From contig JAHDYR010000024.1 of assembly GCA_019828565.1 (NCBI GenBank), positions 132,534-196,533 on the forward strand: DNA of 64,000 bases, read 5' to 3'. The notes under the pieces were generated by a model. The model did not search any database. It worked only from the letters and a program-made list of their open reading frames with translations, and was not told where the DNA came from. Numbering within the stretch: the first letter of the stretch is position 1; every line of letters begins with the position of its first letter. The translations under genes were made by a program, and so were the position numbers. Origin of the DNA: Carpediemonas membranifera BICM. Its lineage: Eukaryota; Protista; Fornicata. Of the stretch, positions 58,518-64,000 are shown piece by piece.

Positions 58518-59903
58518 TAACCATTGCCCGTCAAACACGAGCCCTACCTGCCTCAACACCTTCTTCCATAGACCATCCACTTGACCTTCAAACAGAGGTC
58601 GACTGAGTGCCAAAAAGCTGCACATGGTGTTTAGTCAACGGCCTATGGCGCACTGTCTTGTCGAAAGCAGACCGTAGCTTTGACTCAGACTGGCTGGATG
58701 TTCCCATTCACGAGCAGGGACACACTCATGATATTTGCATATGTAAGAGATAGCAAAGATCGGATTTAGTCTCGCGGTATCTCACGTGGCCCAGAGCAGC
58801 GTGCTCCTGGAATCAACAGGGCACAAAACACCCTGCGTATTCCGGTAGCACACCGTTCTGACTCATACGTCCGTCTCTGGTTGTCGTATACAGGTCTATT
58901 TACGTGTTTGGTGATGGCGCTCCCTTAAATCTGCTTGAACAGCGTGTCGTGGCTGTAAGTATGCTGCATATGTCTCAGCGAGAAAGGAGTCACCAATCGC
59001 GTTCAGCTTTCTTGTTTCTCGCCTGATAAGGCTCGTAATATCGTTCAAGCGTGAATCTATGAAGTAATGGGACTGAATGGCCTCTATTGCGTCAATTTCT
59101 TGCGTAATGGTTGTGGAATGGCCTAGAATAGATGTTGCAGCTGCTTCCAGCTCCTGTTGCATGCTAAATGCTGTGTTTTGGATAATTGGTCGTGTTCAGG
59201 CATAATTTTTTCATGCAAAGTGCAGGCTAATAACCGTCCTTAAACTGTGGGATCAGCCGCTGGGTAAATATACTGAGAAAAAACCATATAGCTGAGTTCA
59301 CTGTCTTGTGCTGAATACGGTGGCGCCATTCATTTCTCTGAATCGCTAAGTTTTGTCAGCGTTGACCGCGCACGACCGGTCGTCCTTACGCGATGACACC
59401 CAGCCCATCTTGTAGGTCGGGTGGCCATACCTCGCGGCCTTGCTTGCTTTTCTTTGACGAGCAATATTCCCTGAGTAATAGCCTCTCCTTTTCTTCAATT
59501 CGACTCTAGCCAAGTCAAAAAACAAGAAATCGACCATATCTCAAAATCTAACAGGTAGATTCACTCTGAAAGTGATTATGCGCATATGTACCTCCTTTCA
59601 ACTACTCACATAATCACTATCGTAGTGAATCTACCTGTTAGATTTTCTGTTATTGTCCATTTTATCGTTTCGTCTTAACCTGCACGGCGAAATGCTCAAA
59701 CCAGGCAAGGATTCAGAGCCAGAGCTTCTTTCCATGCTCTACGTACATCATATGGACTCTAAAGAAGACCTTCGTTTATCTCTAAATAGCTTAAATTTAA
59801 TGAATACTTCATTTCTGAGCAAGAAATTGTAGATTATCTAGCGTTTTGAGGTCGAAGATAATCTAGGGTTTAGCAAAGATAATCTAGGGATGTTGACAGT
59901 ATG

Positions 59904-60734
59904 TGGGTGCAAGAGTTCGAGGAGGTGGCAATCGCGGGGGATGATGACGACACACTGCTATGGTACATGATAGGGGAGGTGCCCTTCCTCGCCAAAGACT
60001 CACTGCTAACGAAGGAGGCAAACATCAGAGATGGAATGACCGCATTGGGCGAACCCATAGAATGCCCACCACTCCACCGGGCCCTGATCAAGGCCTGTGG
60101 CAGATTGGCTGGAAGGTGCCCAACGTCAAGCCAGCGTCGAACAGGGAAAGCATGGCCAATAGCCAGGGAGACCCTGTCACAGGCCGCGGTGCAAGCAGGC
60201 AAGAGCGCCACACCAGCATTGACTCAAGCAATAGCTTTCGGGCTGGTCGGGTTCGCGACAATATCTCGGTCGGGGGAGATACGGGGGCTCTCAACATCAG
60301 ACGTCGAACGACACGGCAGGGACATCACCATCACCATACGACGCTCCAAGACATCGGATGAACCCATGCTAAAGCTGGTCCCTAACGTCCCCGGAGACGA
60401 CAACCCGGCAGACTGGCTTGCGAGACATATGGAAAACCTCCCAGATGAAGGACCCCTGTGGCGCTCATTCGAGGCCAGGGACGCGCTGATCAAGGACAAC
60501 AGGTCCTCCCTGATGAACAGAGACCACCCTTGGAGAAGATGGGAGATGTCCATGGACCTAGAGGAGGTGCTGCGCGCGTCGGGCCACTCATTCCGGAGAG
60601 GAGGCGCAGTCCACATGATGAAGCTAGGTGTAGCCCCAGCAGTGATCCAAGCAATCGGGGGCTGGAAACAGCTCGACTCGATGCAGACCTACGTCAGTGA
60701 AGCCGTGCGCCTCTCCACGAGCGCTTGGGTGTAG
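59904..60734 (+). pseudogene. Y2 tyrosine recombinase catalytic domain (3' part of the interrupted ORF)
   Basis: TISRSGE, RRSKT, GHSFRRGGA, GGW, QTYV. Confidence 0.92.
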
Positions 60735-61654
60735 AAGGACGAGAAAGACGGATAATACATAGAATATGATTGCATAAGGCCCCATTAGACTGTACAATAG
60801 GCCATGTAAGAGTTAAAGACATGATAGAGAGCAGAAGATAAGGCGGGAGAAAGGAGAAACCGCAGCAGATTGTCACTAATGGTTAATAAGATCGATATAT
60901 CGAAGACTATCGAAGAATTGGCCGGAGAGAGTGAGAAAATGCCGGCGATGGAAATGGCCAAAACCGCGCACAAAGAATGACTATCAGGCTGTGAAAATAT
61001 GTGCCTGAGAGATGGGCATCAATGGCATGCTGGGAGGCACAGGAGACCAGAGAAATAATTTCTGAAGAGAAAATTTTTATTATATGATGGCGGGATACAT
61101 CAATTGGAGACTTCGACCGTAGTCGACTGCAAGTCGGCATACCGTCGTAGACGCGATGCGTAAGTACGCCTCGGGGCGTGGTACAGGCCCAGATGGACTA
61201 CCGGCCATCTGGTACAAATATTCGAGAGAGATCGAATATTGACCAAATATTCGAATCAAATCTACGGTCCAGTTCAGACCAATTTTACCAAGGGGTTAAA
61301 ACCCCATTCCCCGGTAGTTCCGAGAAGATGGGCGACGCACAGCCCCCCGTGACACTGGAGAGCCTGGAGGTCAGAGCATGTTTCCCATCAATCTCGGGTA
61401 TAAATTTGATTAGATCAATTGGAGACTTCGACCGTAGTCGACTGCAAGTCGGGCGTACCGTCGTAGACGTAGATACAGTGCGCCTTGGGGCGCGGTCCAC
61501 AAGGGTCCGAGTGGGGTGCCGATCACCCGGACCCAAACCCAAAAGATTCGGGAGAATCTTCTAGATTCGGGGAAAATATTCGGCTGGTGACCTGGGACGT
61601 TTAAGCCAATTTAACCAAGGGGGAAAACCTCCCCTGTTCGGCACATCCCTGGAA

Positions 61655-62194
61655 ATGGCTGACGACGAGCAAGACGCAGCCAATAAGCTCCTCCAACTCG
61701 AGGAGCTCGTCAAGACTCAGGCTGAGACAATTGCAAGCCTTGTTGAGTCTGTTGAGGACGTTCGGACCAATGCCGAGGACACTCGAAAGCCTTCTAAGAT
61801 CCCGGCCGTCACAAAGGAATTCTCGCACCTGCGTGCTATTCACGCCGAGATCAAGACCGTTCTTGCTGACCCCGCAACCACGTCTATTGAGACCATAGCA
61901 ACCAAAGTGAACATCATTATCGAGCGCCGCCTTGAGTTCCTCCGTGTCCTCGACGACGCCGGGGAGGACGCCGCACGCTACTTCCAAGTTACAGCTGCAA
62001 CCGAGAACAACCCGCGAGAATTCATCAAGCTAGCCGCGAAAGCGAAGAAAGCCGCTCCGCCCCAGAGCTTCCGCCATCGCCAGCAGATCCGTAAGCCTTT
62101 CTCGCGCAACAGGTACTTCCAGCGCTCCCCACAGCGCCACTTCACAGCTTCGAACGCCTCGGGCAACCGCAATGCGGCCCCGGGGCAGCAATAA
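61655..62194 (+). CDS. gag: Y3 gag-like ORF1
   Basis: Intact 179-aa ORF homologous to Y2 gag. Confidence 0.8.
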   Translation: MADDEQDAANKLLQLEELVKTQAETIASLVESVEDVRTNAEDTRKPSKIPAVTKEFSHLRAIHAEIKTVLADPATTSIETIATKVNIIIERRLEFLRVLDDAGEDAARYFQVTAATENNPREFIKLAAKAKKAAPPQSFRHRQQIRKPFSRNRYFQRSPQRHFTASNASGNRNAAPGQQ

Positions 62195-62260
62195 GCGGCC
62201 AAGAAGAGGTTATGCCCACCTCGAAGACAATAAAAGGCAGTATCTACGTTTACGAGCACT

Positions 62261-62980
62261 ATGAGACGAGAAGAAGCAAGAAAGCAAGTACAAGAGCAAG
62301 AGACATCAACAGACAAGCAACCGATCAAAGCTGCGCAGTCACGCAAGTCGTACGACGCTCCGCCCGACTCTTGCCCGGTGTCCCGGGCACAGGTGGTGGG
62401 CTCGATGAGCCGCGCCTGGAGGGAGTGGGAGGCCTTGGGGGCCAGCAAGGAGGTCGTGAGCACACTGAGAGACGGGGTGAAGGTAGCCCCGGCAACGCCC
62501 AGCACCCCGAGAGCGAACGGGAGGGAAGGCCCAATAAGCGAGATGCTGAAGGAGCTAGTGAACATTCAAGCCTTAGAAGTAGCAACGGCGAGCAACATAT
62601 CCCCGGTCTTCCTGATTCCGAAGAAACCATCGGATTGGAGACTCATACACGACCTCCGGCCGGTCAACTTTTTCCAACAGGTCCGCAAGTTTCGGTTGAA
62701 GGGGTTGATGGAGGTGGCGGCCAATCTGGCACAGGGGGCATGGTTGACGAGCGTCGACCTGAAGTCCGGCTACTACCAGGTGCTCATGGCGGAGGAGGCC
62801 AAGGAGTACCTGGGGATTACCCACGAAGGAACAACATATCGGTGGAGAGCCCTGCCCTTCGGCCTCAACACAGCACCAGAGGCATTCCAGAGGGTCACCG
62901 CCCAGGCGGCAAAGATTATTCGAAGAGAGTTTGGCGTGCAGGTGTTCGTATACCTAGACGACCTGCTGTTCGCAGCGCCA
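62261..62980 (+). pseudogene. pol: Y3 reverse transcriptase, truncated just after YLDD
   Basis: VDLKSGYYQV, LPFGL, VYLDDLLFA, then satellite sequence. Confidence 0.9.
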
Positions 62981-63862
62981 TGGATGAGGCGCCAGGGATG
63001 AGGCGCCAGGGATGAGGGCGCCAGGGATGAGGCGCCAGGGATTAGGGCGCCAGGGATGAGGCGCCAGGATGAGGGCGCCAGGGATGATGCGCCAGGATGA
63101 GGGCGCCAGGATGAGGGCGCCAGGGATGAGGCGCCAGGGATGAGGCGCCAGGATGAGGGCGCCAGGGATGAGGAGTACAGTATTTGAACCCCGAAAACGC
63201 CATATTACCAGCACCAATGAGCTTTATCAACGAAGATGCGCTCACTGGTGCCGGTTATGGCGTTTTCGGGGTTCGTCGATCATTCTGCTCCCAAATCTGC
63301 ACCTGAATTTTCTGGAGCATACCCGGGAGCTGGGCCAGACGAGTGGTGCCACAGGGACTAAGCTCCGCTGCTCAGCCTCTGCCAGGCGACACTCGTCTGA
63401 ATTCTGCACGAAAAAATTCAGACAACGAAAGATGGGCAAAGGGCCCCGAAAACGCTGAAGTACCAGCGCAAGTAGAGCGTTTTGCAATAAAATAGCTTAC
63501 TTGCGCTGGTGCTGGTGTTTTCTGGGCCCTGAATTGCCCCCGTGCTCTCTCCCGGGCTCTCTCCCGGACGTTCCCCCGTGCTCTCTCCCGGGCTCTCTCC
63601 CGGACGTTCCCCCGGGCTCTCTTCTCCCGGGGCTCTCTCCCCCGTGCTCTCTCTTGGACGTTCCCCCGGGCTCTCTTCTCCCGGGCTCTCTCCCCCGGGC
63701 TCTCTCCCGGACGTTCCCCCGTGCTCTCTCCCGGGCTCTCTCCCGGACGTTCCCCCGGGCTCTCTTCTCCCGGGCTCTCTCCCCCGGGCTCTTCTCCCGG
63801 ACGTTCCCCCGGGCTCTCTTCTCCTGGGGCTCTCTCCCCTGTGCTCTCTCCCGGACGTTCCA
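62975..63862. repeat. Diverged third copy of the satellite / twin hairpin / satellite module
   Basis: GGATGAGGCGCCA array 62975-63172, conserved spacer 63173-63530, variant array CCCGGGCTCTCT / CCGGACGTTCCCC 63536-63862. Confidence 0.88.
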
Positions 63863-64000
63863 GAAGAGACAATGGCTATTTCTGGAATCCAATGGACAGT
63901 TGGTGGCAGTATTGATGTTGTTTATGCAATTAAAGTTCCTATTGTTTCTTCTAGCTCGTTCCTTGTGTGGTTTCGTGGTTCCTTTGACTCGTTTGATGTT

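Larger units (their letters stand above)
32992..59903. mobile_element. TIR DNA element, outer copy (end A left, end B right), no recognisable transposase
   Basis: 75-bp TIRs CATACTGTCAACATCCC... at 32992-33066 and 59829-59903 (1 mismatch); 2-bp TSD TG. Confidence 0.9.
22717..61451 (+). mobile_element. YR retrotransposon Y2 with split direct repeats (PAT/Ngaro-type A1...B1-A2-B2), ~4.6 kb once nested insertions are removed
   Basis: A1 22717-22950 = A2 61137-61370 (234 bp); B1 61099-61136 = B2 61414-61451 (38 bp); RT and YR frames rejoin across both insertions. Confidence 0.9.
61452..62980 (+). mobile_element. YR retrotransposon Y3 (relative of Y2), 3'-truncated
   Basis: Starts GCGTACCGTCGTAGACG (Y2: GCATACCGTCGTAGACG) directly after Y2 B2; gag and RT homologous to Y2. 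Confidence 0.88.

Overview
Eukaryotic (protist-like, standard code) transposon nest; the only host-type gene is a tRNA-Asn(GTT). Left part: two nested minus-strand non-LTR (APE+RT) retrotransposons (LINE-A 688-8099 inserted in the 3' UTR of LINE-B), an unidentified decayed segment, and a tyrosine-recombinase (YR, DIRS-group) retroelement Y1. Immediately 5' of the tRNA begins a split-direct-repeat YR element Y2 (22717-61451), originally ~4.6 kb but inflated to 38.7 kb. It contains a third LINE (LINE-C) and a 75-bp-TIR DNA element, which in turn holds two Ty3/gypsy elements, a second inverted copy of itself and a LINE-A derivative. A related YR element Y3 follows Y2 head-to-tail. Most insertions can be reconstructed from target-site duplications. 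Best candidate for a new system: all three divergent LINE families encode in ORF1 a DEDDh-type nuclease with an E-C-H-C zinc motif (Maelstrom / arenavirus-NP exonuclease architecture), in LINE-C together with an OTU-like protease. Also notable: both gypsy elements have very short LTRs (51 and 122 bp) and a palindrome instead of a tRNA primer-binding site; the TIR element has no recognisable transposase and carries an OTU-like gene in a cassette whose orientation differs between copies; YR elements appear targeted to the tRNA. Many frameshifts lie in homopolymers and may be assembly errors. All family assignments come from motifs read by eye; no searches were run.
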